Below are positions 23,201 through 35,692 of a stretch of DNA of 64,000 bases, piece by piece. How positions within the stretch are numbered: the first letter of the stretch is position 1; the number at the start of each line of letters is the position of its first letter. Source of the stretch: Fimbriosthenelais zetlandica. Lineage: Eukaryota. The stretch is taken from NCBI GenBank assembly GCA_977030845.1, contig OZ365113.1, positions 14,508,001 through 14,572,000 of the forward strand, written 5' to 3'. The translations under genes were made by a program, and so were the position numbers. Under the pieces are notes generated by a model. That model was given only the letters and a program-made list of their open reading frames with translations. It was not told the DNA's origin and made no database searches.

Positions 23201-25612
23201 CAGTGTCTGAGCATGGCGTTTGTGAGACGCCGATACTAGGAGAGGGGAGAGTGAGGATAGAGAGTGCTTGCTGCTTCTCTCCCTCCACTGAGAGCAGGGC
23301 CCCCTCCTTCCATCACAGCCACAGCACAGCCTGACCGGGTCCATAGCCAGGCCACCAGGCACACGCACGGGTTTAATATCCTCACCCTTCTACCCAGATG
23401 GCGTTCTAGGAACAGGGCGGCTGAGGATGAAGGGCATAGACATGAGTCATGTTCACATTGGTCAGGATTTAGCATGTCTATTCAAAGTCATTAAATTTGG
23501 ACAAAATATTGGACATAAATTCATGAATAATTTAAGACACAATGCAGTCCTATGCTCAGTTAGAAAACCATGAAATTAAGGAAAATCCACTCCAAATAAA
23601 TATATCGACTATAATGATGTCTATACTAAGGCAAAATAGTAGAAACCAAAAATGCCTTGGTGAATTTTGATGATACATAATGATATTTTCCCTAACTTTA
23701 ACCTTTTAATCTCTTGTCTTGTGAAAAATGAAATAATGGTTAAAATGTTAGCAAATATAATGTCACATACCGTACTTGCCGGTGTATAACGCGCTCCGGA
23801 CTATAACGCGCACCCCCCTACCTCTCAAGTAAAATCCATATATAGTGCGCACCGGTGTATAACGCGCAATTTGTATACCCGTTTCTCCCACCCCAGACAG
23901 TGTCCTCCCAGACACAATAGCCATCTCAAGGCAACATAGCTTTTCTGTATGGACTAATTAGCCGACCACTAATCCGTGGACATAGTCGGCTGCCTCCCAC
24001 CATGCGTCCCTTTGAAGTCTGACAAGCATGGTCCCGCCGAACTTAGACCGAATTTGGCAGTCACCATGTGAGAACAATCCATATATAATGCGCTCCGGTG
24101 TATAACGCGCAGGCCCCGATTTTGGCCAATTACCAGGTCAAAAAGTTGCGCGTTATACACCGGCAAGTACGGTATATACACAAATAGATGAGAAGTATAT
24201 AGAAATGGGGGTTTGACTGCTGGGCCCTTTATACCGTGTGGTTCATTTATGTAATTTATATGGCATTATCACAATTAGCATTAATTTGGATATCCACAAA
24301 AAATGTTACATTCACCTTTAGAATGTCATGACTAAACCATGTACAGCTAGAGTGAGTATATGGCAGACCTTGGCTTTTAGTGTATTCAACCGTGACCGCG
24401 TTACCATGGCACGTGCCTCGCATAATTTGCATGCGAGACACGTGAGTGATTCAGGGTCAATTATACCTTACTGAATGACAGTGCTTTACATTCATATATA
24501 ATGATGATAATTTTATATTTTCAGGGCAGTGGGTTGTATCTTTGGGGAGCTTTTAAACAACTCGCCACTTTTTCCAGTTAGTACAATTTCCACAATTTTT
24601 GAATTAAATCAGAAATTTAAAAAAATATATAAATATTTAAGTTAATCGTGAGGAGCCTTATTCCATTCAAATTTCTGTTCAAGTTGTAGGCCACTCAGAC
24701 TTCTTTGATTCAGACGTTGTTATTAATAATTTATACTATCCAATTCTCGTTCAATTTGTTATGAATGTACGTACTAACTGTTCATACATCATTTCCACTC
24801 AGGGAGAAAATGATATCGAACAACTCTGTTGTGTTCTGCGAGTGCTGGGAACTCCTGATGAGCAGACGTGGCCAGTAAGTTCTAAATTATATAATCATCC
24901 CCAGAGGAGTTGCATCAGTTTTCAACTATAAACTACATACACATACTTACAGGCAAAAATGTGAATTCTGGCCAGCATATAATACTCATTCACCGTTTCA
25001 TACTAGTATGATATAATTTTCCTATTTTCTAGGGGATGTCTGACCTCCCAGACTACAACAAAATCAAATTCCCGCCGAATCAGCCAATTCCATTTGAAGT
25101 AATTTTGCCTGATGCATCAGAAGAAGCCATCGATCTTCTCAAACGATTTCTAGTCTATCCCTCCAACGAGAGGATATCAGCAAAGGAGGTGATTACTCTT
25201 GGCAATCTCCATGGCATTCACTTTAATATAACAGAGTACCTAAAGGGCAAGGGAGGGCTGACATACATACTAAATATATGGCATATTTTCAATGTGCATC
25301 CAGTCTAAAACTTTAAGCCTCTATTGTTAGCCAAGAATAAGTTTCCTAGCATTCTGTCAGAGATTGGCATTCATTGGCATAATATTTTGCAAGGCATGCT
25401 CAATCAGATCTATTTTATTTCAGGCCCTTTTGCACCAATATTTTTTCACTGATCCACTGCCTGCCCATCATTCGGAGTTACCCATCCCCGCCAGGAGCAG
25501 TAAACGGGTACGACATGCCCGCCAGGCTCACGAATATAACACAGATACACCACTAGAGGAAACCCTGGTCGATCCCGACCTTTTAGCTCCTTATGTTGTA
25601 AAGAAAATCTAG
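14237..25612 (+). CDS. CDK20: Cyclin-dependent kinase 20 (CCRK), 10 coding exons
   Basis: [99 protein letters not shown]|[46 protein letters not shown]. Large intron at 15732-24524. Confidence 0.96.
17643..20330 (-). CDS. Intronless type II membrane GT61 glycosyltransferase, beta-1,2-xylosyltransferase (XYLT)-like, 895 aa, nested in CDK20 intron
   Basis: N-terminal TM ([21 protein letters not shown]), a long polar stem, then [29 protein letters not shown]...RKIQNEQE and [19 protein letters not shown] candidate 3' splice site (tactgtag) lies 58 nt upstream of the ATG. Confidence 0.9.
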   Translation of the reverse strand: MQGPKNMFEMLVSRFLYVLCWRNKVVIILIILSASVGMLMMLSYHGNKHPGSVDEVLRSGKSRISPNTDNAQTDQSIVRLSQTKLGIAHTDEMKLGPGNRKYWHRGQDENHDTEKKQPVVPIEISNADLIDKGNGKRKPVEPWRKRKSELVSDGSRKKLKQDVTVYGPVHNKTQKNARGGSLLQKPNENPVFVLDERPSDKQAKGQEEIDINNNLFGEEIKLERAKIPSTGRNDKFRKPDMNKPLIVDLKIVNKHMGNRSQSSPKGPSDIRQTLENVMKMDRVNDTGYIDRRKEQEGKLARLRKKNKIDALLKVLNKHSTVQIPTVQSRPNQKEGKNNLLLERADGSNQGSTGQVKSSAKTLSPENTGDKNLAWKPKADNQLVWHRDHYHRDENSAVIQEKVVKNGALQFILKQSSEKPNDMTLGDRRQQDLKVGDVTQLKEPGERSENLSLNRTGKNNMIHSVSDTAKMHSPSNISNLFALAHQHALKKFKPKHVSVSFRSNGFWPDRMTEWLESEEKFCDGRIIAYNNEFAFVKNAIMDRNFCHGRKGGELITDVINQPEEEEYYTYFPGFFQLPCSVQPQYFFNNNNHLNQWLYSVSNTPDSQLYSEKHSEFTVLVVRYEYANLYHTMTDWYNAFLLMEFFNKTQTDTNILIVDGHPAGALDGVWNVLFNSSKRISAQSMRTKYSQLVWNTLGYNSLMMDHYAPNIPIIEEFRTFFLSSFRITETRKLDCDRINILFIWRRDYVAHPRNPSGSISRKIQNEQELVITLRQNFPTFTVKGIQIDLFEMDQQLKFVTETDLLIGMHGAGLTHAMFLPKHAGMIELLPTYWSAANEHFHAIARWRHIHYRQWTNTDPENEAPNHYTKIPPEVLNSLVVDMVKVVCGLATDPPESF
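20616..20629. promoter_or_regulatory. RFX X-box consensus
   Basis: GTTCCCATGGCAAC fits GTNRCC/GTTNCC-N(0-3)-RGYAAC. It lies in the CDK20 intron ~290 bp upstream of the GT61 ATG. Sequence match only. Confidence 0.45.
22364..22399 (+). repeat. (GAAT)9 microsatellite
   Basis: Read directly from the sequence. Confidence 0.95.
23770..24172. mobile_element. 403-bp MITE, Tc1/mariner (pogo-like) superfamily
   Basis: Perfect 25-bp TIRs CCGTACTTGCCGGTGTATAACGCGC (23770-23794 and 24148-24172), TA on both flanks, and internal direct copies of CCGG(TG/AC)TATAACGCGC. No transposase ORF. Confidence 0.9.
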
Positions 25613-27262
25613 TGTCAAATGATAACTACAGTACCTTATCATGCAACGTCTGTCAGATATGTTAAATTTAAATTTTATGGGGATATTCTCAATCATGAAT
25701 AATCAATATATCTCTGCACGAAAGGAAACATAAAATAAAATTTGTCCATCATAAATCGATTGGAATTAATCGTTTCGTTTACATATAGATTGACAAAAGG
25801 TGAGGTTTAAATTCTCTACAGAAAATACATGTATTCTGGAAACAATTAAGGGCGAATGGCATAATAATAGTCACTTTAGATAGGAAATTCAGGAGGTCAA
25901 CAAGTATCTATTTAGACTTAGATTGCATAAGTACATGTAGTGGACATCCCATAGAGTAAGAATAACAACTCTATGCTGTCTTTTCACTAGTGAAATTTAT
26001 TCGGGGAAATCATCACTAGAGTCATCCTCTCTCAAGCTTATCACACATACCTCATGGTTCATTGGTTATGCTGTATATTGTATTACACACGTCTTTACTC
26101 CAAATCCTGTATTAAAAATTAAAGTTACGATGATGAGACTAGAAAGTAACGGAAGACCTATTTTCGTCATTGCCACATGTACCCAATTTACGTTCCCAGA
26201 TGGAATGTAATGAACATTTCCCTGAGAGATGAACGCTTAGATCCTTAGTCAGTAGGTTCTCTATACATTCAGAATTATCTCTATACCAACCTAATACTGC
26301 GGGCTGTTAAAATGAAGGAGACCTCTAGACCAAAAAGTAATATCCAGAAAATGTAAGCAATAGGGCAAAAATAATTGAATGCCAGCTAACAAGTTTCGGT
26401 ACATGCTTGTGATAACCTAAGAAAAGCACAGACCTACTGGAGAACATTTTCAACTCCAGAAACATTATAATTTTGTAGACAGTCACTTCTATGTACATAT
26501 TTTTAGTGTGTCTTTAGATACCGTGGATATGAAAGGGACCTCAGCCTGCAATGAAAGATATCAGTCTCAAATTGAAACACTGACAGAAAAAAATCAAATA
26601 TATCCCAGTTCCTAGAATAAGAATACGGACAAATGTATATATATTCTTGAGATTTCATGTGACTTTTGACCAATTTTTGTAGGTTTCTCAAGTAAGAGGA
26701 TATTACGTGTACTTGGGATTGCAAGCTTCTATCAGATCTTACTTTCCAATTCACATGTCAGAGAAAACATATGAGAAAAGAATACATGAGGGTATATACA
26801 AATTCTTCGACACATCCACATAAGAGGAAAGTAGGTAACAAGACAGTGGGTCGACGCACAGCATCATTCATTTCCGTCTCAATATTCGTCTCTTATATCT
26901 CACTGATAATATACCTATATACATAAATTATAACAAGATATTAAATGCTCAGCAGATTAGATATTATGCGGTGCATTCCCGAAATTAATTATGTTCTTCA
27001 TCTAGGGTTCCCCGTGTAAGTGCTCATACCTGTTAGTTACAGTATGGAGATTCCATATACTAATACTAAAGATGAACAGATCACCTAATCCACTTAAGCC
27101 TTTCAAGTCGATAAATATAATTATAACATTCAAATGATAACCTAAGATCACAAACGAATTCCAGCACATAAATCCGAACGGAAAACAATTAATTACCGAA
27201 GCATCATTTTGTGAAATCAAGTAAAAATAGCAATTGTTTGATGTCTATAATGCCAGAATAAT

Positions 27263-30200
27263 TTAAACTTTTTGTGGGAGACCATGATGATCTGGCTTAG
27301 GTGCAAATCTGCTGTACATATATACAGAAGTGATGACAAGTGTCGCACCAATTGAGAACTGAAGGGATAATTTAAAATCAAAGAAATACATTGAAGCAAT
27401 ACATGAGAGAATGATGGCAGCTGAGGTAGCGAACCCTTTGAGTATATTGTCCGCATACTTAACCACCACTGCGACCATGAGACCCCCAAAGGCCTGGATA
27501 AAGATAACTACCCACACGACCCAGTCATAACCAAAGAAAAATCCCTTCTCCCGAACTTTGTCCCCATCGTTGATTTCCATGGCAATGAGACCAAAAACTA
27601 TGCCAATGAATCCCAGTTGGACGTTGCGGAGCCAAATGGTCTGTTTTGCTCCTTTGAGTATTTTCTCGAAGTAAACTCCAGCAAAGCCGGACATAAGAAC
27701 TGAGACGACAACGGCGATAAGACCAATGAGAGGCCGCTGTTCGGTAGTCACGACTTTGTTAACCTTGGCATCGTGAGGTTGAAGCTGTACGGTGGATACG
27801 CCCAGGAAGAGAATGAAAAGAGCAACCCACTGGAGACCAGACAACTGCTTCCGGAGCATGATCATTGAGAACAAGGCTGTGGTCAATATCTTCAACTGGT
27901 AGGTAACCTATGGAGGACAAAATACAATGTTACCTTAATCACACAACACTACATGAATAGTGGACACTTTCTCATTAATAAAGACAGCAATATGGAATAT
28001 TTTGCTTGTGAGCAGGTCTTATTAATTTGAAGAATAAAGGTGCTAGTAATTACCTGGAATGTTGCAGCCTCTAGGTTAGAGACGGCTATATATAATAGAT
28101 TGTTTTGAAGGGTGTAGACTATAGAAGGAACCGAGATCTTAATACAATCTAAAGGTTGCTTGATAATGTTCTCATGCAGATGTCTGATGAAACGTGGAAA
28201 CGTGCCTTCCTGAAACATAAATCATTTACAAATAAGTCATCTAATTATTTATCTGGATTGAAGTACAATTATTTTGTTTCAGTCCATTGTGCAAAAAGGC
28301 AGAGAAATGGTCTTGTTTTATCATTTATTTAGTTTAGTCCATCAGTTACGATTGTACTTGCACCAATTTAATGTTTATAAATAATGGATGAACGTACCTC
28401 GAGGAAGATGATAACAAGACAGCAGACAAATTTGAGCAGCTCGGCCATGACCACAGCTGTAGTGGCCATGAACATGTCTCCTGCCCGCACCCGTACATAC
28501 CGCATGACGAGAATGAGCACTGCATTCTGCAGAGTCAGGGTCACTAGAGATACGTACTTCAACATACTGCCTAAACCTGGAAAAAAAATAGATTAAATAG
28601 AATTGCATTCCATCCACTTCGAACTCGAAATCGAAATCATATTCAAACTGCTGCTTGGATGGGTTTTCACAAATGCATTCACGGCTTGACAAACGCATGA
28701 TAGATATGATATCCATTAGGTTTCTCCAATATTGATCACATCTCGATATACCGGTCGGAGTTAATTAATAAGAATTGCTCCAAATATTTCCCATGACTCT
28801 TTAACGGTCCTTAAGGACAAAAGAGGAATAGTAACCGGTATAATTATTGGTTACACCACTCAAAAAACGGGTCTCATGGTGATACACCAGTAGACTAATC
28901 TTATAAACGTGTGAGTGGTCTAACTATTTTAGTCACCGACGCCGACAACCCTTCAACTTATGTAACAATCTCTCGCCACAACTGAGTATCGACATGCTGT
29001 ACCTAACAACCCTTCATGTTGGGTTAAAACAAACAATAGTCACCTGCAAACCTACAAAAAGGTGACTAAACAACCTTATAAGACCAACTAATTAGTATGA
29101 AAAACTGACATGTAACCACGCGCAGACACTGGACCATGCCTCTCACCATACAGTGTGAGGCATGCCTATCCAGTTAGCAGCACTGGAGGAGGCTAGGCCT
29201 AGTTTCATGCATGATACACTATAATGTATACCTGAATGATCTTTATGTGACAGTTCATTGCCTCTGATTTGTGGCACAGTATGTCCTGGTGAATCCTGGT
29301 CACCTTGCTCCTCAACTTCTCCAGAACTTGGTCCTTCATCTCTCAGGTTGAGGACTTCTGTAGTACTCGATAAACGAGTTCGCAGATTATTAGAGGTCTC
29401 CATTACCTTACTGTCTCAAAGCGCAATTTACTATATGCACGAGATCCGAAACTACGTCCATTATTAAGTATTATCCACGTGAAATAACACCCCTATTTCT
29501 CATTCAATAAAACAATATGTATACAGGCAAGGCACAGTATATAAGGGATCTTTATATGGATCTCCTAATGAATAGCCAGACGAATTTTGTATTTCAATGA
29601 GATTTGTCTACACAGTCAACCCACATACCAAATAGGACGTGACTGACATGCAGTTAGTGGTATAATAAGAACATTGCTATGTGAGACCTGTACATTTAAT
29701 TAAATAGTAATGTGTAGTGAACTGGCCGCCATAGCTATAGGAACAGATGGCGATTGTGTTTACATGGTCGATTAGAGTAAACTCGTCAGCTTGATCCTAT
29801 GTATGCCCACTGAGTAGGGTTTTCATGCCTTCCTGTACACGACCACATCATGCTCTGCCGGAAATCAATAGTTTCCTGGAAACACAGTAACGAATCGTGC
29901 AAACGGATTATTTCGGTAACGTATTCATGAAGACTTTACTGAATAGTCATTATAATTATATGATGACGATGCCTCCCATGGAACAGGGGGATGGGTTCTC
30001 TATAAAAGGATGCTGTTCTGTTTCTCTTCAGGCTTACATCCGCGTGGTTTAATATTTTCCCACTTTTCGGGGCACAAGGTGGTGGATCCAGAGGTAAGAA
30101 AGGTGCGGAGGAACTTTTTGAATTTTGTTCATGGAATCCAAATCTATGAGCGCAGTAAGGATTCGATCCTTTAGTAATTTATAGGCAAATATTGGCAGTA

Positions 30201-33200
30201 TTTGGTACTGATTTCAATGTTGACATGTGGATGGTTCAGTATGTAAACACACTGAATAAATATATTGGCCGCCGCGTATGACTCCTTTAATAGGCCTAAT
30301 GTTTATGTGTAGGCTCCGGGACAGACATGAACACACAGTGCCACGTAGCAGAGGAGGGGCAGAGACTCGGGGAGGGGCGACCACCATGGTTCTGACTACC
30401 AAATCTAGTCTGTTACCATGGAAACCAGAGTGGAGTGTTGTAGCACTGGCAATCTACTATAGCATCTGTACCAAAGTCGTTGCCATGGAGACTGATCTTC
30501 ATGGCCCACAGTAAAAGAATCGAGCAACAAGTAAATATCAGAAAGCAGTATTTCTTAACAAAGGCAACTTTAAAATGTCTATGTTATATACGGCTGAGAA
30601 TGTCATGACCAGTTAGTTACTTCAAGGATAGCAGACGAACGTCTATCTTTGGTTACTGTCCCAGAACCACTAACCTACATGGCTATAGTGGTGGGATTCG
30701 GTTATCCTTGCTACAAATACATTACTACAAAGACTAGGGTGCCTCTTCTCACCACAGGTAGGACCAGAGGACTAGGTTTAACATAAATTATATCGTCAAT
30801 CTCTAGTGGAACGATGCATGTCTGCTACTGATTATGTTGGAGGACAATTAGCAGACAATTAAACATTTCTGATGTGGGCATATATGCTGCTAGTTCCTAT
30901 AATGGGCCATTATACTGGCTGAAATCATTATGAATTGACACTCACTAGAGCTAGGATAAATAATACAGGGCTCTAGTTCAATCCCAAAGCCTGCTAAAAA
31001 ATATAACTTGTATCAGGTATAGCCTGATTATGATAAAATGAATGAATTAAGTTAAATACCAGCCTGCATTGGCAGAATATGTATGCAATTTTCCAATGTT
31101 CCATACATTACAGCTATTATACAAGCAATATTTTTAAAATGATCACATAAGTTTACTGTTTAAATATATCCCAGATCATGGTCATCTCATGCACAGGTAT
31201 ATTAACGACATTGTACATGCATGCTCATAATGTAATATAGTCATTCCAACCTGCCAGTTAACCCTTTTTTCTTCTCATTTCCACACCTATTATATAATCA
31301 TCATGCAGGACCCCTTTTCTTCTTCTTCTTCTTCTTCCGTTAGAGTTCAAACCGTGTAACCTTCACCTGATCCCGTTTGGGACGTGAGATACAGAGAGAA
31401 AAAAAATGTTCCGTATTGGTGGATGAGGGCGACATCTACCGTGTACCAGATGCATATTTATAATTATTAACATCATCCAGTGCTTACCTTCTGAAGTAAA
31501 TGTCTCATTCGCTGTTTTTGTGTCAGATCCCACAGCTAGATTATCTATGCAGTATCGATAATAGAAAACAAGTTATATGCTGCTAAATTATAGAAATCAA
31601 TAATAATAGTAGATTCTATAACAGAATTTTGAGATTTCTTCCACAATTTTGACAAAACCTCATTGACTTTCACCAGCCATTTTCGAGTTGCAAGCAAACA
31701 AAATTGTTAAAAATATTTCTTTTCCAAAACTTCCAACAAATGGGGACATTTTCGAAGACTAACTTAGTATTAGTCTATTGTATTACATATATTGATGTAG
31801 GCCTAATTTATGTGGTAAGTCACGTTAGCAACAGCCGATGGGTCAAACCACCCCCATAAACACTTAATTAGCAGTCAAATTAACACACCAAAATTTTGTA
31901 CAGTAACATCTATGTGGAAATTTTAACAGCGGGAATGAGAAGCGTTTCAAATACTTCTACGAGGCAGATAGGTATTCAAACAAGCAGAACAATGAGAAAG
32001 CGGGGTATTTCGCGTAGACGTGGCAGCTGTATGCATCATAAATGAAGGTACGGCACCGACCTGACCGTTCTCAATGGTAATGTACTCACACAGTATAGTA
32101 TACCAAATATGATTTATAGTAGATATCATAGTCATTAAAAGGTACATCACCGCCCAATTATAAAGCATAGCTCAATGGCGGGTAAAATATCCCAATAGCA
32201 ATATAGCAAATTGTGGGTTTCAGCAAGTGTCATAATATTATATACTCACACTGTATGCCATAATATGGATTTATAGTAGATCTATATGATATAAAAGGCT
32301 CATCACCACCCAATTATAAAGCATAGTTCAATGACGAGTGAAATATCCTAATTAAATATAGCAAATTGTGGGAGATAGTTTGCGCTATACTAATTGGGTT
32401 TCAGCAATTGTCATAATGAAAGTTACTCTATATGAAGGGGAAAACACTTAGGGAATGGAACAAACTCGCTGTACTTAATTATGTACGGTAACAAGACTAG
32501 TTAATAGAGGACTTATCAAAACTAACTTGCCAATAATTACACTTTAAAACTTACTATTTATTATATCCTTTATATTTTCCTTCTCACCAAATGTTAATTC
32601 AATTCGAAACTATAATGAAGAAACAAGAAAATAACATATGAAGATAGTAAAGTTCGAACTTGCAACACTGTTTGGTTGTAGGACAACCATAGGTTATTTT
32701 TTAAATTTAAGATGATAGCTAAATCACTCATGGGGAGAAACATCTTTTCTCATGATTTCGAGGTTTAATCGAAATTATAGGCACCCTATTACTAATATTA
32801 GTATTGAGTAGGTCTATTCCATTTCACTATTCCTCTACAAGGCTATATTTGTAGAGGAAACGTATCATTTGAGCTAGAAATGTGGGCAATATTAATAGAG
32901 TAGTTCTATTATAAAACAAATATTTGCAATAGTTCGTATTACTAGAGGAGTAATACTAATATTAGAGGGGGGAGGGGGAGGGGGGGGGGCGGTGGAGGTG
33001 GGGGTGGGGTGGAGAGATAGATAGTACCGTAGATAAAATATCCATCCCGATCATATTGTCTAGAGATAGCTGTTCAGTGCTGAAGTAAAAGCTCATAATA
33101 TTATAACAGAATCAGATAACCATCCTTTTACTAAGTTTGAGATGAAGATAGATGCATGCAAAGGCATGTCCCGATACATGGGATACCGGTATGCGGAAAA

Positions 33201-33786
33201 TATTTAGGGACCATATAGTTGGTGTTTTGCATGGTGTTGAGAGAAAATTAGCCTTGATAGACTAGAGATGGATACTGTCTAAGAAACTATATTGAAAGGA
33301 GAATGGAGATCAGTTCAAACAGTTAGTTACACCATTATTTGAATGAGTGGGCGTGAGTAAAGTAAGACTGTAAGTGTAAGTGCAACATATGTATGTCAGT
33401 AAATTATGCAGAACTGGTAAACTATATAATGCACATGACAAAACAAACAGATCAAAAACATGATTTATAGAGTGTTCTGCATGGGTTCCATACAACCATA
33501 GTCATACTCATAGACATGATAGACATAGACATAGAATGATACCCTCTATAGAGGCTCTAGCCAAACTGGGACAGGGCCCCTATGCATAAATGTCAACTAA
33601 GTAAATATCACTATCAGGAACTCGTAGAAAACCACAAGCACATAACCAGAGTAAAAACCAACTAAAACCTTCAAAAATAAAAATACCTGGATCTGACGAA
33701 GAGGAAGGAGGTTTCATTTGGGTATCAGCACTAGAAGCTCGCCCTTTATCGCCTAGTGATATGGCCACAACTTTCTCCCTATTCAT
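27263..33786 (-). CDS. SLC35A2: UDP-galactose translocator, nucleotide-sugar transporter family
   Basis: Exons 28576-28398 (LKYVSLVTLTLQNAVLILVMRY...GDMFMATTAVVMAELLK), 28209-28054 (VPSIVYTLQNNLLYIAVSNLEAATFQ) and 27907-27263 (VTYQLKILTTALFS...FAGVYFEKILK...VVKYADNILKGFATS). The first exon, 33786-33687 (MNREKVV...SSDPG), is inferred from a phase-1 donor matching the phase-1 acceptor and is less certain. Confidence 0.88.
30412..30492. promoter_or_regulatory. Pair of RFX X-box-like motifs
   Basis: GTTACCATGGAAAC (30412-30425) and GTTGCCATGGAGAC (30479-30492) in a GC-richer intronic patch. Confidence 0.4.
32095..32418 (+). repeat. Diverged two-copy tandem duplication, unit ~160 bp
   Basis: Blocks gatttatagtagat, catcacc(g/a)cccaattataaagcatag, aatatagcaaattgtggg and tttcagcaa.tgtcataat each recur in the same order. 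Confidence 0.8.
33031..33063 (+). repeat. Dispersed short repeat, copy 1 (internally deleted)
   Basis: AGATAAAATATCCATCCC-GATCATATTGTCTAG; matches the copies at 35233 and 45577. Confidence 0.65.
33497..33535 (+). repeat. Short (CATAGN)n repeat in putative SLC35A2 intron 1
   Basis: catagt catact cataga catgataga cataga cataga. Confidence 0.65.
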
Positions 33787-34296
33787 GATGTGCCGTACGG
33801 TTGGAGAGACTTGGACTTGGTAGTCAACCGGAAGTTTCAACTAAGTGACAATTGAGGGTCCCTAAAAATCCACCAAATTCAATTACGTGTGAATATACCT
33901 AAGTTTAGTCGAGCTGCTGATCGTCTGCTTGACCAGGTCATCCTAGAAGAGTTTAAATTGTCCAGAAAAGGGTCAACTTTGCCAGTCAGACGGTGCCCGA
34001 GTGTCAGCGAACATGCCAACCGAGAGGTAAGAAGGCCGCGTACAACATGGAAAATAAGGTGTTTATATGGCCACGTGGACGAACGCCAAACGGCAACCAC
34101 GCGAACCACACATTTCCCGCCTTAGTGCACTGTGGATGTGCACAGCATAGCAAGGTGTAGGTTCTGTTGTAACTTCGTTACAATTAATCGGTTTACATGA
34201 ATTTTCGCCAAACATTTGTCATACTAAAAACTAAAAATATTTAAATGTTTGGTTTTTTACAGTTAGGCTAGGGTTATAAACATGATGATGACCTCG

Positions 34297-34369
34297 GCCT
34301 CTGTGGCGCAATGGATAGCGCGCTGGACTTCTAATCCAGAGGTTGTGGGTTCGAGTCCCACCGGAGGTG
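34297..34369 (+). tRNA. tRNA-Arg (anticodon TCT), intronless
   Basis: 73-nt cloverleaf: acceptor GCCTCTG/CGGAGGT, D stem GCGC/GCGC, anticodon arm CTGGA-CTTCTAA-TCCAG, T arm GTGGG-TTCGAGT-CCCAC. T-runs follow as a Pol III terminator. Confidence 0.97.
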
Positions 34370-35232
34370 TTAGTTTTGTCCTTTTTACCATAGATTTACC
34401 GTACATTGGTCACCACAAGTATTTTCATTTAAAATACGTACGAGAGACTAATCAAGTTATATGCGGATACATTTGTAGAACTATATATATCGTGTAGATC
34501 TACGCATATAATTTATAAACAAACAAAAAACAGTACAGGGAATTATTTTTTGGACTATTTAATTACTCCAGTATAATTCACGTCTTTTGATGTTTTGTAC
34601 AAAGTTCTAGCCTACAGAGTTTAGTTATAGACTTTGATTGGGCTGCGTTGACGTGGGGAAGTTTATTTTGTAGGTAAGACAATGTCAATGTCAATGTCAA
34701 TGAGTATTATATAAACGACCCATTTTTGCCCAAGTTAGAAGGATACAGGTAGACCTAGAACTTTAGTAGGCCTATTATATTGAGGTTTGAAAGTGCCCAG
34801 ACCACACCAAAAATATAAAACAGAAAAAAATTATCATATTCACACATTTTTCATTGTCCATATCCATATTAAATGTACCGTACTCGTATGTGGGTGATAA
34901 TGTTTAAAGCAAAAATGGTGAGTTAATGGAATGTGAACTTGAGGTAAAATCCCCATTACATGAAAACGCGATGATATTTATAGGCACAAGTGTCTATAAT
35001 TATGAAGAGATAAATTAGTGCGACATTCACATCAGCGAATTGCTGGCCATCCGATACCGTAGCCAGTATAACATCCCCTTACACTCCTTGGTAGTACAAC
35101 GTAAATTCTTGTTTCAGCGAGTCTCTCCAAAAAAAAATGAAGATACCATGTTCATACCGCTTTACCATGACTATCACAATATTGAAATGGTCCAAACCTG
35201 CAAAAGAATCGAGTATGTATACGGTTTGTGTT

Positions 35233-35313
35233 AGATAGAGTATCCATCCCTATTCCAGGAACAGCTGGGTGGAGCCTGTGTAACCCTAGAAGGAGCCGAT
35301 CATATAGGCTAGG
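35233..35313 (+). repeat. Dispersed short repeat, copy 2
   Basis: AGATAGAGTATCCATCCC...GTGTAA...AAGGAGCCGATCATA. Confidence 0.65.
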
Positions 35314-35510
35314 TTTGTGTATATAACGTACGTCTAACAATTAATCGACACAAACATGAAGGCAAAAATCTGTATACGCCATAGAAACATTAGTTTTAGG
35401 AACGTTATTACTAGGAATTAATTAGATATTTGACACTGGAACACAATAGTAAATGTTAATTTTATAACATACCTAGCGATGAACGTTCTAATAATCTGGT
35501 ATTAAATTCG

Positions 35511-35692
35511 TCATAATTCGTCTTTCTTGTCTTCATTCACCATATCTATAATTTTAGCAGCGGTCTCCTCAGGTGTACCACTGACATCAATCCTCTTCAT
35601 CATATCATCTATTTTCTTTTCCTTCTCTTCCTCCGTCTCAGTCGGCACAGGATTTTTCACCCTTTTTGGTTTCTTCTTTTTCTTCTTGGTAT
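35511..35692 (-). CDS. CRELD: Alternative CRELD terminal exon ending in KDEL
   Basis: Phase-1 acceptor (gcaaag|AT ACC) opens DTKKKKKKPKRVKNPVPTETEEEKEKKIDDMMKRIDVSGTPEETAAKIIDMVNEDKKDEL*. It is in phase with the last EGF exon donors at 37900 and 42396. Confidence 0.8.

Noticed and set aside
29143-29403. Possible alternative first exon of SLC35A2 (METSNN...)
   Set aside because: Only weak phase-1 donors (GTGACC or GC-type), no promoter features and no similarity; cannot be supported without RNA data.
31310-31390. (GAA)n-tailed fragment resembling a LINE/SINE 3' end
   Set aside because: Too short, with no RT coding remnant or TSD.
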